Shown here: one piece after another, positions 13,683 through 25,984 of the stretch
How positions within the stretch are numbered: the stretch's first letter is position 1
Layout: each line of letters starts with the position of its first letter
Assembly: GCA_973895155.1 (NCBI GenBank)
Contig: OZ316893.1
Span: forward strand, 28,282,210-28,346,209
Source of the DNA: Marsupella aquatica
Taxonomy: Eukaryota; Plantae; Marchantiophyta
Direction: 5' to 3'
Length of the DNA: 64,000 nt
Translations under genes and position numbers: made by a program
Notes under the pieces: model-generated
The model's input: the letters and a program-made list of their open reading frames with translations, nothing else
Told to the model about the DNA's origin: nothing
The model's database searches: none

Positions 13683-13890
13683 TTTCTACGATGACAGACC
13701 TTCATGGATACTTCTATTAATCTGTGCAATTTCCAAGTGGATAGGAAAAATGAATTCAGGAATATATCAACTATGTATAACAAGTGATTGTGTAATTCTA
13801 TCAAGCATTTTGTCCATAGCTTCCGATGGCAGTTTGAGTTCAACGAGCATCACAAGTGCACTATCCAGATGGCTTGTATATAATTATGTG
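13683..13890 (+). repeat. About 210 bp segment duplicated at 16583-16802
   Basis: TTTCTACGATGACAGACCT...GATGGCTTGTATATAATTATGTGCT at both positions. Confidence 0.85.
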
Positions 13891-15075
13891 CTTGAATGTG
13901 TGGCTGTTCTGATCATTTGCATTGATTAAAGACAAATTTGTTCTGAAAATTGGCATTGGAATTGTTTGAGTCCTTTCAAGCGAGCGTTGTCGCAACACCG
14001 GTTAGTCAAATTGATGAATACCTCTTTTGCTTCTTGCTCATTTGAGTTACCATGGTTGGAAGTTTCTATCAGGCCCCACAAGAGCTGTGGAATAAACCAG
14101 AGCACACTACTGATTGGAATGAGGAAATTGGGATGGGGCTGCCGGCATTATTATCTACAGTATAAGTCTATCCTTCAATTGCTCACGACAACCATTAGAA
14201 TTGCCACACAAATGCTTGTAATGCTTGTAGAGCGTTTGAAGCTCATGAGCTGCAATTCGTGTCTCAGGGGCTGCGCACGCTTGATGGGAGGACTACACCA
14301 AAAGTCAGCCGAGGCAAAGCTGATGGTGGTGCACAAGAAGCACTCCATTTCCAAATTCCAATAGGTGGCGACCCTCACTCCAGCTAATTTAAGTTGCTTT
14401 AACTTGGGAAGTGATGTGTAATCCAACACTTGCCAATTTGATTTGGTAAATTCAAGTAGCGGAACTGAACGTGCACAATGTTTATACTTTACGGCAATAG
14501 GTGAACATTTATTGTCTGAGCACTTTCAGCGATAATTAGGTAATAACATAGTTAAAAGCTCAAAGTTATTGAGTTGGCAACTGTCCCCACCAAAACCATT
14601 GTACGCTCTGTATTACCAATTCATTGTGCAATTAAATCTTCTTCTCTGTTGCCAATAGCAACGAGAATATGAAGTTGGGATAGACACAAACTGTCTCTAT
14701 TCTTTTTGCAAGCACAATACTTTCGTTCGTCCCACGTTCAATGAATTTCTTCCATATGGTTTGTCTAACTAAAGTGGGAACCCACGTCCACGCTTGCTTG
14801 CACTTGGCAGCAGCCTGGGAACAAGTAATTCAAATTGCCGACAGACCCTTCCCTTATGCACTATGGTTGGGGTGGTATTTTAGTCGGAAAAGATTGGCTT
14901 TCTAGAATTCCTGCCGCCCACCTTCAACCTGGTTCCTTAATGGGCTCTTCACCTTCAAATTCCCTTCTGTGCCATGGTTGGGCTGGTATTATGGTCGGGA
15001 AGTATTCATTTGGTCTTCTAGAATTCCTATTGCCCGTCTGCAATCTGGTTCTTTAATGTGCTCGTCGCTCGTAGG

Positions 15076-16480
15076 CTCCCATAACATAATTTTCCGGTTA
15101 AACCGTAGACTCCCATAACATTTCCGGTTAAACATTTTTGCAGCAATAGCATTCATGTTGAAACCTTTAATCTCCGTTAGTATCAAAAGTGTCACCATTC
15201 AATTTTGGACGTGGGAAATGGCTGATTAGCTCCCATAACATTTCCGGTTAAACCGTAGTCGACTCCCATAACATTTCCGGTTAAACATTTTTGCAGCAAT
15301 AGCATTCATGTCGAAACCTTTAATCTTCGTTAGTATCAAAAGTGTCACCATTCAATTTGGACGTGGGAAATGGCTGATTAGCTCCCATAACATTTCCGAT
15401 TAAACCGTAGTCGACTCCCATAACATTTCCGGTTAAACATTTTTTCAGAAATAGCATTCATGTCGAAACCTTTAAACTACATTAGTATCAAAAGTGTCAC
15501 CATTCAATTTTGGATGTGGGAAATGGCTGATTAGCTCCCATAACATTTCCGGTTAAACCATAGTCGACTCCCATAACATTTCCAGTTAAACATTTTTGCA
15601 GCAATAGCATTCATGTCAAAACCTTTAATCTCCGTTAGTATCAAAAGTGTCACCATTCAATTTTGGACGTGGGAAATGGCTGATTAGCTCCCATAACATT
15701 TCTGGTTAAACCGTAGTCGACTCCCATAACATATCCGGTTAAACATTTTTGCAGCAATAGCATTCATGTCGAAACCTTTAATCTCCGTTAGTATCAAAAG
15801 CACTGTCACCATTCAATTTTGGACGTGGGAAATGGCTGATTAGCTCCCATAACATTTCTGGTTAAACCATAGTCGACTCCCATAACATTTCCGGTTAAAC
15901 ATTTTTGCAGCAATAGCATTCATGTCGAAACCTTTAAACTACGTTAGTATCAAAAGTGTTACCATTCAAATTTGGATGTGGGAAATGGCTGATTAGAACT
16001 AATTCAATGTGTACAGTCGTGATATATAGTGCGAGGTATTTACAAATGGTGAACAATTACACCTCCGAGGGAGTGCTTAAAATTGACTTGACGTCATCAC
16101 TTTCTTCAAATTCCCTTCAACGCCATGGTTGGGCTGGTATTATAGTTGGGAAGCATTGGCCTTCTAGAATTCCTGTCCGCCTTCAATTTGGTTCCTTAAT
16201 GTGCTTGCCGCCTTCAAATTCCCTTCTGCGCCATGGTTGGGATGGTATTATGGTCGGGAAGTATTGGGCTTCTAGAATTCCTATTGCCCGTCTTCAATCT
16301 GGTTCCTTAATGTGCTCGTTGCTCGTAGGCTCCCATAACATTTCCGGTTAAACCGTAAACTCCCATAACATTTCCGGTTAAACATTTTTGCAGCAATAGC
16401 ATTCATGTTGAAACCTTTAAACTCCGTTAGTATCAAAAGTGTCACCATTCAAATTTGGACATGGGAAATGGCTGAGTAGA
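15076..16480 (+). repeat. Tandem array of about 153-bp unit derived from the end of module A (about 6 copies plus 1 displaced)
   Basis: GCTGATTAGCTCCCATAACATTTCCGGTTAAA recurs at about 15221, 15373, 15526, 15679 and 15835. Related sequence at 12450-12580 and 16328-16480. Confidence 0.92.
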
Positions 16481-16796
16481 ACTAATTCAATGTGTACAGT
16501 CGTGATATATAGTGCGAGGTATTTACAAATGCTGAACAATTACACCTTCGAGGGAGTGCTCAAAATTGACTTGATGTCATCACTTTCTACGATGACAGAC
16601 CTTTATGGATACTTTTGTTAATTTGTGCAATTTCCAAATGGACAGGAAAAATGAACACAAGAATATATCAACTATACAATATAACAAGTAATTGTGGAAT
16701 TCTGTCAAGCAATCTGTCCATATATATAGCTTCCGATGGCAATTTGAGTTCAACGGGCATCACAAGTGCACTATCCGGATGGCTTGTATATAATTA

Positions 16797-17965
16797 TGTG
16801 CTGGGGTAATGCAAATGTCAATGTGCTCCAAAGGGTATGTTTGTATCAAATTACAATATTTTGAAGGTTGGGGGGTACGAGGGATGGGGTATTCCAAAAC
16901 TCACAGCCACCATGTGCTGGGGTAATACAAGTGCCAATGTGCTCCGAAGGGTATGTATATATCAAATTACAGTATTTTGAAGGTTGAGGGGTATGAGGGA
17001 TGGGGTATTCCAAATGCACAGCCACCATGTGCTGGGGTAATGCAAATGTCCATGTGCTCGGATGGGTATGTATGTTTCAAATTACAGTATTTTGAAGGTT
17101 GGGTGGTACGACGGATGGGGTATTCCAAAATGCACAGCCACCATGTGCTGGGGTAATGCAAGTGCCAATGTGCTCCAAAGGGTATCTATATATCAAATTA
17201 CAGTATTTTGAAGGTTGGGGGGTACGACGGATGGGGTATTCCAAAACTCACAGCCACCATGTGCTGGGGTAATGCAAGTGCCAATGTGCTCCAAAGGGTA
17301 TGTATATATCAGATTACAGTATTTTGAAGGTTGAGGGGTATGAGGGATGGGGTATTCCAAAATGCACAGCCACCATGTGCTGGGGTAATGCAAATGTAAA
17401 TGTGCACCGAAGGGTACGTATGTATCAAATTACAGTATTGAAGGTTGGGGGGTACGAGGGATGGGGTATTCCAAAATGCACAGCCACCATGTGCTGGGGT
17501 AATGCAAGTGCCAATGTGCTCCGAAGGGTATGTATATATCAAATTACAGTATTTTGAAGGTTGGGGGGTACGAGGGATGGGGTATTCCAAAACGCATAGT
17601 CACCAAGTGCTCGGGTAATGCAAGTGCCAATGTGCTTTGAAGGGTATGTACGTATCAAATTACAGTATTTTGAAGGTTGAGGTACGAGGGATGGGGTATT
17701 CCAAAACGCACAACCACCATGAGGTAATACAAGTGCCAATGTGTTCCAAAGGGTACATGTATTATCAAATTACAGTATTTTAAAGGTTGGGGGGTACGAG
17801 GGATGGGGTTTTCCAAAACCCACAGCCACCATGTTCTGGGGTAATGCAAAACAATGTCAATGTGCACCGAAGGGTATGTATGTATCAAATTACAGTATTT
17901 TGAAGGTTGGGGGTACGAGGGATGGGGTATTCTATAACGCACAGCCACAGTGTGCTCGGGTAATA
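16797..17965 (+). repeat. Module B: tandem array of about 116-bp unit (about 10 copies)
   Basis: CATGTGCTGGGGTAAT...CAAATTACAGTATTTTGAAGGTTG recurs at about 16911, 17026, 17142, 17258 and onward. A shorter array is at 60640-60890 and 61230-61300. Confidence 0.93.
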
Positions 17966-18507
17966 CAGAAGGACTGTACAACGCCCTTTACCCGAGCACC
18001 AACTATGCACAACTTTGGTGCTTATGGGGTGCTGACAATATAGGAGCATTTTAGTTCGCATCTTCCGGATTCCAGAAAGGTTGGCAGTGACTTGGACAAG
18101 ACGCTTCATAACAAAGGGAATGTTTCTTCACAACAGGGAGTTTAAGTTTAAGTACATGGATTGACAACATCCAATAGAGCAACAAGCAGCTTTGCAGAAA
18201 TGGAATCTGTCATGTTTTGAGAGGCTCCTTGCGTGTCAATACCCTCCTTCCGTCGAGTAAGCCTCATGAGTTGCTCACGGCAATGTGTTGGTGATAGGAT
18301 TAGGGTTTACTTAATTGGACTACCTTTCATACGACAGAAGTGAATTTCAAGGACAGTAGATCCAAAACATGGAGGACAAGGCAGAGTCACCTTACGACGA
18401 GGTCCAGCCCTACAAGGAGGTGGAAAAGGAAGGTTTGGATTACAATACTTAATAGTTGGTCGTCATTGCATATAGTTGAATTTTGCATTGCGGTTTAGTG
18501 ATGATAT

Positions 18508-21369
18508 GTGGAACATTTTGACAATCCGTGGGTTGGAATTGAAACAGGCGGCACTGGAACGTTGTGGCATTCCTGCACACCGGAACGAATTCGCAGTTTG
18601 GTGGGAGGTGATCCAACTCGATCATCAATGATTTTCAACCTTGGTCTGCAACAAACTTTTGGGATTGATTACAACGTAACAGCCGTATGTGGGGTGAAGG
18701 AGTTTGTGTTGGGATTTGATTATGCATCAAAATCCAGCGAATTCCGAGGATGTTCATTGAAAATCACACAAGATGTGTTACGTGCGGCATTCAAGCTGCC
18801 ATCTGGTACATTTGCCAAGTATAGGCAGAGAATGCACTGTCCTGAATTCAATGATTTGTTTGTTCGTCCACGAATAAGAGGGAATCCCTATAGTTTAAAG
18901 CTTTTGAGAGCTCCGTATGATAGATGGTCTGGGGCAATTAGAGTGGTGCAGGAAATTCTGCTGGGTAAGGAGAAGCCTTCACAGTTATCAGCAAAACAAT
19001 TGAGTTATTTCTACTGGTATTTGTGTGGTACTTTGCCGAAGGGAAAAAGACTAGCAGGCCCTGTGCCAAAATTGCTACCAGATTGGAGTGATTTAGTTTA
19101 CGATGAATTGGCTTTGGAAATAAGTAAATTCAAGAAACACCTTCAGGGTATGAGGAATGTTCGTGAGTCAAAGGCGTTCCCCGCTTATTGTGGGATTGCT
19201 ATTACACAGTTGCTGCTACATTGGGGATTTTCATGGGAAAGCCTTATATCGGGGCCAAATGTTGGCAACGAGGGTACTACAAGAAGGGAAACCCAACCTC
19301 AACCTATTCAATGTAAACTTCAGTCATCGGAATCAAAGTTAGAAGGCAGGATTGATGACCTTGAAGGGGAGTTGACGGCACAGACAATGCGAAATGACGA
19401 ATATGAAGATGCTGGAGAAGGTTGGAATGAGAACCAATCGTGCATGGCAAATTTGAGTGTTGAACAAGAAATGTGCAATGCAGGACGAGATGCGGTCACC
19501 AGAGAATTTGAGGTGTTCAAATTGCAGTCACAATGCAGGTTGAAAGACCTTGAAGAAAAGCTTGTGCAGGTGACAATGCGCAATGACGAATACCAAGCTG
19601 CTGAACAAGGTTGGAAGGAGGACCAATCACGCATGGCAGAATTGAGTGTTGAACTTCAAATGGGCACTACAGGACGAGATGCGATCACCAACAAATTTGA
19701 AGAGTTCAAATTGCAGTCACAATGCAGGTTGAAAGACCTTGAAGAAAATCTTGTGCAGGTGACAAAGCGCAATGACGAATACCAAGCTGCTGAACAAGGT
19801 TGGAAGGAGGACCAATCACGCATGGCAGAATTGAGTGCTGAACTTCAAATGGGCACTACAGAACGAGATGCGGTCACCAGCGAATTTGAAGAGTTCAAAT
19901 TGCAGTCACAGTCCAGGTTGAAAGACCTTGAAGAAAAGCTTATGCAGGTGACAATGCGCAATGATGAATACCAAGCTGCTGAACAAGGTTGGAAGAAGGA
20001 CCAATTGCGCATGGCAGAATTGAGTGTTGAACTTCAAATGGGCACTGTAGGACGAGATGCTATCGCCAGCAAATTTGAAGAGTTCAAATTGCAGTCACAA
20101 TGCAAGTTGAAAGACCTTGAAGAAAAGCTTGTGCAAGTGACAAAGCGCAATGACGAATACCAAGCTGTTGAACAAGGTTGGAAGGAGGACCAATCACGCT
20201 TGGCAGAATTGAGTGCTGAACTTCAAATGGGCACTGCAGAACGAGATGCGGCCACCAGCGAATTTGAAGAGTTCAAATTGCAGTCACAATGGAAGTTGAA
20301 AGACCTTGAAGAAAAGCTTGTGCAGGTGACAAAGCGCAATGACAATTACCAAGCTGCTGAACAAGGTTGGAAGGAGGACCAATCGCGCATGGCAGAATTG
20401 AGTGCTGACCTTGAAAGGTGTGTTGCAGGACGAGATGCCGCGATCAATGAACTTGAGTTGTTGAAATTGTCGTCAGACTGCAAGTTTGAAGATGTTCAAC
20501 GGAAGGTTGTAGAGCAGGCAGTGCGCATGGAATCATGTTTAGGTGCTGAATGTGCTTTGAAGGATATCCAAATGCGCATGGAAGAATTGGAAAGTGAACT
20601 TGCAGGGTGCACTAAACAACGAGATGATGTGAGCACACAACTTCAGTTGTTCAGATTAGAGTCACAGAGCAAGTTGGAAGACCTTCAACGAGCACTTGTA
20701 GAACAGACAAGGCTGAAGGCGGAATACGCAATTGCTCACAAAGCTTTGAAGGAGAACGAAATGTGCATGGGGGAACTGAGAAATGAGGTAGCAAAGTGCA
20801 CTGCCGAACGCAATACTCAGCGCACTAACGTGGAGTCTTTGAAATTGGACTTAGAGCGTACAATGGCAGAGCTTGAACAGGTGCATTGTAGATTGGGCGA
20901 GAATGTAGACTTGCAACAAATAATTTCGACTCAGAAAGTAGAATTAAAATTCAAGGATGACCAATTGCACATAGCTCTTGCAAAGGTTGAAGAGTTGGAA
21001 TGTACAGTGAGGAATTTGAAGAGAAAGCAAGTGTCGAATGCTGAACCAGTTATACCGTTCATCGCGGAACCAAAGAGGCAAGCTCATGGACGTCCATTAC
21101 TTGGTTCAACCTCCAACAATGAAATGACAACAGTGCCAGTGCCATGTAAAAATTGCGTACAGAGGGATGAGTTTGCAAGTTGTTCTCCATCTGTGGTCTC
21201 GCAATTGACTCGTATTAATTTGGAGGACCCCCCAAAAAGGCGACGACTATTGTGGTCTTTTGATAATGAAGGGGATAGCTTGGATCATGTTGACATTGAC
21301 GCTACCTCCGTGCGTCGTACAATCGCAGATTCCTGTTCAGATTCAGATTCAGAGATGGACTTTCCCTGA
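18508..21369 (+). CDS. Plant-transposon (PMD/Athila-ORF-like) N-terminal domain plus long coiled coil with 63-aa tandem repeats; probably the 5' part of the SNF2 gene
   Basis: 953-aa ORF. The 189-nt unit (RNDEYQAAEQGWKEDQSRMAEL...) recurs at about 19390, 19579, 19768, 19957, 20146 and 20335. After the TGA the frame runs 12 more codons to a GTGAGT donor that joins the SNF2 exon in phase. The true start is probably ATG 18369, with an intron and a frameshift near 18625. Confidence 0.7.
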   Translation: MEHFDNPWVGIETGGTGTLWHSCTPERIRSLVGGDPTRSSMIFNLGLQQTFGIDYNVTAVCGVKEFVLGFDYASKSSEFRGCSLKITQDVLRAAFKLPSGTFAKYRQRMHCPEFNDLFVRPRIRGNPYSLKLLRAPYDRWSGAIRVVQEILLGKEKPSQLSAKQLSYFYWYLCGTLPKGKRLAGPVPKLLPDWSDLVYDELALEISKFKKHLQGMRNVRESKAFPAYCGIAITQLLLHWGFSWESLISGPNVGNEGTTRRETQPQPIQCKLQSSESKLEGRIDDLEGELTAQTMRNDEYEDAGEGWNENQSCMANLSVEQEMCNAGRDAVTREFEVFKLQSQCRLKDLEEKLVQVTMRNDEYQAAEQGWKEDQSRMAELSVELQMGTTGRDAITNKFEEFKLQSQCRLKDLEENLVQVTKRNDEYQAAEQGWKEDQSRMAELSAELQMGTTERDAVTSEFEEFKLQSQSRLKDLEEKLMQVTMRNDEYQAAEQGWKKDQLRMAELSVELQMGTVGRDAIASKFEEFKLQSQCKLKDLEEKLVQVTKRNDEYQAVEQGWKEDQSRLAELSAELQMGTAERDAATSEFEEFKLQSQWKLKDLEEKLVQVTKRNDNYQAAEQGWKEDQSRMAELSADLERCVAGRDAAINELELLKLSSDCKFEDVQRKVVEQAVRMESCLGAECALKDIQMRMEELESELAGCTKQRDDVSTQLQLFRLESQSKLEDLQRALVEQTRLKAEYAIAHKALKENEMCMGELRNEVAKCTAERNTQRTNVESLKLDLERTMAELEQVHCRLGENVDLQQIISTQKVELKFKDDQLHIALAKVEELECTVRNLKRKQVSNAEPVIPFIAEPKRQAHGRPLLGSTSNNEMTTVPVPCKNCVQRDEFASCSPSVVSQLTRINLEDPPKRRRLLWSFDNEGDSLDHVDIDATSVRRTIADSCSDSDSEMDFP

Positions 21370-21504
21370 GTCCGAGTCCAACCTTTTTCGCAAGCAGAGG
21401 AACGAGTGAGTAAACTAACCATGTCGCAGCGTCTTGTCCAAATACTCAGTTTGGATAAGTAGAGCCGGTTAAGAAGGCTGACTGTTATTCCGTGACCATT
21501 GCAG

Positions 21505-24058
21505 GAATACATCGATGATAGGGACTTCACAGGAGAAGCAAGCCCACCAGATGGGCTTATGCAAAATGTGACAGTTTATCAACATCAACGGAAAGGTCTA
21601 TTCTGGATGTTGTCAAGGGAGAGTGGTGATTCCGAATGTTTTGGGGGTATTTTGGCAGATGACCAGGTAAAACCCTAAAGCTCACATCATTTCCTAATGT
21701 TGAGTGGGCTGCGCATTGACTTCAGGGTCATCATGTGTTTTGTGGTGTGAACTTGGAATTTTCTTCCCCATTGCATGAAATGAACTAACTGTATTTGTTG
21801 GTAGGGAATGGGGAAGACAATTCAACTGATTACACTCTTAGTCACCAATCGACCACCCAGAAGCAAGACCCTTATCGTTTGTCCTGGAAGTGTTATGACT
21901 CAATGGAAACGTGAGATTACCACTAAAACTACTGCAAGGGCAAATGTAAAGGTGTTAATATTTCACGGGTCGGACAGATGTATGGATCCAAAGCAGTTGG
22001 CCTTATACGATGTTATAATTACCACTTATGGCACTCTCGCCCAACATTCCACTGCGGACCCACCTACACTGAGAAGGAAAGGGAAATTAAGTCAAAAAAT
22101 TCCTGTGGAACCAACACCCAAGAAAACGAAGGATCCATTGCCTCCTTGCCTGGAGCAGGTACAATGGTACAGGGTGATTCTAGACGAGTGTCAGGCAATC
22201 TCAAACCATAGGAGTGGCAGAGCATTAGCTGCTTGCAACCTACATGCAAGAAGCAGATGGTGTGTAAGTGGAACTCCTGTGTCAAATTCTACTTGGGAGG
22301 CATACAGTTATTTCAAATTTCTTGGATACCCCCCTTATTGTGACATAGACCGGTTCAAGATTTTGAGGCAGCATATTGCAAAAAGTAGGAAAGCTGGACA
22401 CGCAATACTACACAAGGAGCTGAGGGCCATTACATTGAGAAGAGATAAGAGTAAGACAACTACAACTACAATGTTCACATGTGTTGGAATTGGACTTTTC
22501 CATTATTTGGAATTGGTTGAATTTCATATGGATTTCGATGTGTTGTATGTTTGTATGCAATCTTATAGCTGGACATATTTTGTTTGCAGGTATCCTGAAT
22601 CTACCTAAGAAGCATGTAAGAGTAGCTCATCTCGACTTTTTAGTTGAAGGCGATGCCATAGTGTATAAGAAATTAGAGGCAAGGAGTGCAGCGGAAGACT
22701 CGGTATGTCCAAAGTTTGGCCCACCCTATGTGGGTGTACTTTGTCATTCTTCAATTGTGCATAGATACCGTGGTTGCCCTGTTGTTTTGTACAATTACTC
22801 AACCGGGTCGATTTGTGGGCTTCACAGAAGGGAAATAAGAAAGAGAAAGCTAAATTGCTGTCGTTGATGCTGAGAATGAGACGCCACTGTGGGCATCGTG
22901 ACCTTGTCTTTCACAATGAAAAAGAAGATAGTGTGAATACTCCCAAGATCCAACCCGATGGAGTCCGTTCAGGCGAATTGGTAAACAAGTTGTTGGATGC
23001 TCCAGAAGGGGTGACTTGTAACAAGTGCCAGGTGATTTTTCGCACATAGTAAATCCTATTTGTAAATCCAGTACCCCGTGGGAGTGTTGTTCAACCGGTG
23101 GCGATTGGTGAAACATTTGACATTGCACACTAACTTTGAAGTCCATTTTTGTAATATTTTCAGGGTGAGCTTTTTGATGACCCCATGATTTCCATCTGTG
23201 GTCACTATTACTGTTCCAGTTCAGCTTGTTATTTTGATCCGCTGGAAGAGGACATAATATGCGGAGCACCACACTGTAAGCAGCAAATTTCATGGAGTAC
23301 GGTGTACAGAGTATGTGATATATGTACGTCGTCTGGCACTGAATTGGCAGAGGAGGACTTGGAAATTCTCGGTTTTCATACTTCTGGGCCATCACCCAAA
23401 ATTGATGGTGTCATGTCTTACTTGAACGAGCTGCGAGAGTCTGGAAGTGACGATAAGACCATTGTGTTTTCTCAATGGACCGGCTTAATTGACTTGTTAC
23501 AAGGAACTCTTGAAAGTGCAAACATCCAGTTCACAAGGGTGGACGGGAGCATGAGTTTGGAGAAGCGTGACCAAAATCTGAGAGACTTTGCCGAATCTCG
23601 CCAGGTATGCATAAAGCACCCCATATAGGTTGTTTTGGTGCATGTTTTTGAGAAATTGTACATCGGTCACTCACTAAGCATTTCACTACACTGGATTGAT
23701 TCAGATACAAGTCGCCCTACTGTCATTAAAGGCTGCCAATACGGGATTAAATATCACGGCTGCCAATCATGTACTCTTTACAGATATATGGTGGAATCCA
23801 ACAGCAGAAGATCAAGCAGTGGACAGAACTCATCGTCTAGGGCAGACAAAAGAAGTGTTTGTTACACATTTCCTAATGAGGAATACTATTGAGGAGACAT
23901 TGTGGCATGTACAACAGAGAAAGAGGACACTGATTGATGAATGCGTACACGGAAGTTTGAGTAGCGGAAAAAAGGATAACGCAATATTGCAGGAAGTACT
24001 GAAAGAGGAGCGACTCAGGTTGTCTAGGCAACAGGCAGTAGGAAGGCCGAGACGATAG
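21505..24058 (+). CDS. SNF2-family ATPase with inserted RING finger (RAD5/RAD16-like, closest in style to plant CHR27/CHR28 FRG proteins)
   Basis: Exons 21505-21666, 21805-22450, 22590-22702, 22828-23031, 23164-23604, 23705-24058. Motifs HQRKGLFWM, GGILADDQ|GMGKT, TLIVCP, RVILDECQ, RWCVSGTP, RING CNKC..CGHYYC..C..CGAPHC, KTIVFSQWT, SLKAANTGLN, WWNPTAEDQAVDRTHRLGQ. Confidence 0.9.
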
Positions 24059-25984
24059 AGCATTCACAAATTAAGGCACATTGCTCGCCATCTAGAGGCT
24101 TTTGAGGCAGGCTTTGAGACTCTTACAATTATGACGAGTGATTGGAGGCCACTTGAGCTGAGCTAATGACATCCTCTGCCACCATGTTGCCCAAGCATTT
24201 GCAAAACCTCCAGTTGGTGGTGTGCAAAGAGGTGTGTATGTGCCGTACATGTTTTAGCGGGTCACTCTGTAAAATTGTATTTGAAGTAGGCTAAGGTTTA
24301 CTCCCATTGGATATGAGATGCAGGTGACGAGAATGCTGATAGTGTATGCACCACACAGGGCCTAAAAAAGGATGCATCTATGGGCACATAACAAGTGGGT
24401 GAGATATGGCTTTGCATAGCACAAGTTCTGACACGAGTATGTGGGCAGAAGAGAGAAAGGAAGTTCGGAAATTGACCATATTGTGATTGCAGCGGTGTAT
24501 ATCCTCCTCTACATATAATGTCCAGCTTCCTCTAACAATATGTGGCCTTTTCTTTCACCAGGTTATGTTTGTCATGCTTCATGATGTGTTGGATGTTGGT
24601 GTCAGACATCTACCCATAGAGTATCGTGGTATGGATGCGCCCTTGCAATTGATTTCCCGGTTATTGTCCAAGATTGTGCTGCAAGTGAACAGTAAACTCT
24701 TTGGGCTAGCTGCCTAGTTTTTGAGCAATATGGCTGGCTGTGGTGGGCCGATTGGATATGTAGATTCAGCCCCGACTGAGGGGAAAAAGCAGTGAAAAGT
24801 TGGAAGATGTCATTCCTGAGTTGCTGAAGAACAAGTTGCTATCATGCACAAAGAAGGAGTCCTTGTGCAACGGAGTAGTATAAGAACAAGTTGTTATCAT
24901 GCACAAAGAAGGAGTCCTTGTGCAACGGAGTAGTATAAGTGGGTATAGTTTATGGGAGGTGACTTGGCATGAGGTCAAGGGTATAGCACCCAACCTTGAA
25001 GTTGAGCTTTTCCCAGAACCCCAACTCGAGCCGGAACAAGAGTCAGCTGTTGTTTTGGACTCCTCCAATGAGACGGTGGACTGGAGTGAACATCCTGTAT
25101 GAACTGGTGAAGGGGATACAACTGTTGAACCCGAAAACAACAGTCAAAGAGGAGGAAGCTGAGGTGCATTTGGCAAAATTTACCAAAAGCACAATGACAG
25201 GCAGGGTACGGTCTCGCCATTTCATGATTGCAAGGTGAATTGCTGTGGATGGATGCAAAAGTGTGACCTCATTGATTGCATATTCAGTACCACTCGGGAT
25301 GTGTGGTATTCCCACAATAAGCTGGAACTGTTGTCTTCTCTTGTGTGTATGGTGAAATTAATTGGATTTGTCATCAATTCATGGTGTAGGTGGTGAGTTT
25401 TGTGGGTGCAACACTAAAAACTTGCGCTTTGGGTATAATGTGGTCCACAAATATCCCCTGTAGATGGTGAGCAGCTCAAAGTCTGGTGCTCTTATTACTG
25501 TTATAGTTCATTGGCAGATTTTACACATCCTCGTACACAAAATTGAAGCGTAACTAAGCTGAACTTTTGTATAGATGATTGTAGGTGATGCAACATATGG
25601 CCATTTAAGATGTAGCTGAAATGGTTGCTACCTTGACATTGCAATTGCTTGTAGTGATCGGATGAGGATACATGAGTTCAATTAAAACCTACCTCTCACT
25701 GCAGGTGCACGGGAGCTGAAAGTTGGATCCCTTGGGGAGTAGAAACCAGCAGCAAGTTTATCACCAGGACTCTTCACGCTGAGCACATGATGTGATGTTG
25801 CTCAGAGAAGTCTTCGTTCAACATTGAAGAACTATTTCCTTACATGAATAGAAACTTTTGTGTAATGGATGACGTTTTTGGCTTGAGCAAGAATTCACCA
25901 TTTTGAATTCAACTGAACTTTTTTTCCCCTCTTCAAAAAGTGAATTAACATTGTGGCGGATGTTGATTGATATAGAATCAATGT

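Noticed and set aside
15076-17965. Regularly spaced repeats resembling a CRISPR array
   Set aside because: Whole units are repeated with no unique spacers, there are no cas genes, and the context is eukaryotic. They are tandem satellites.
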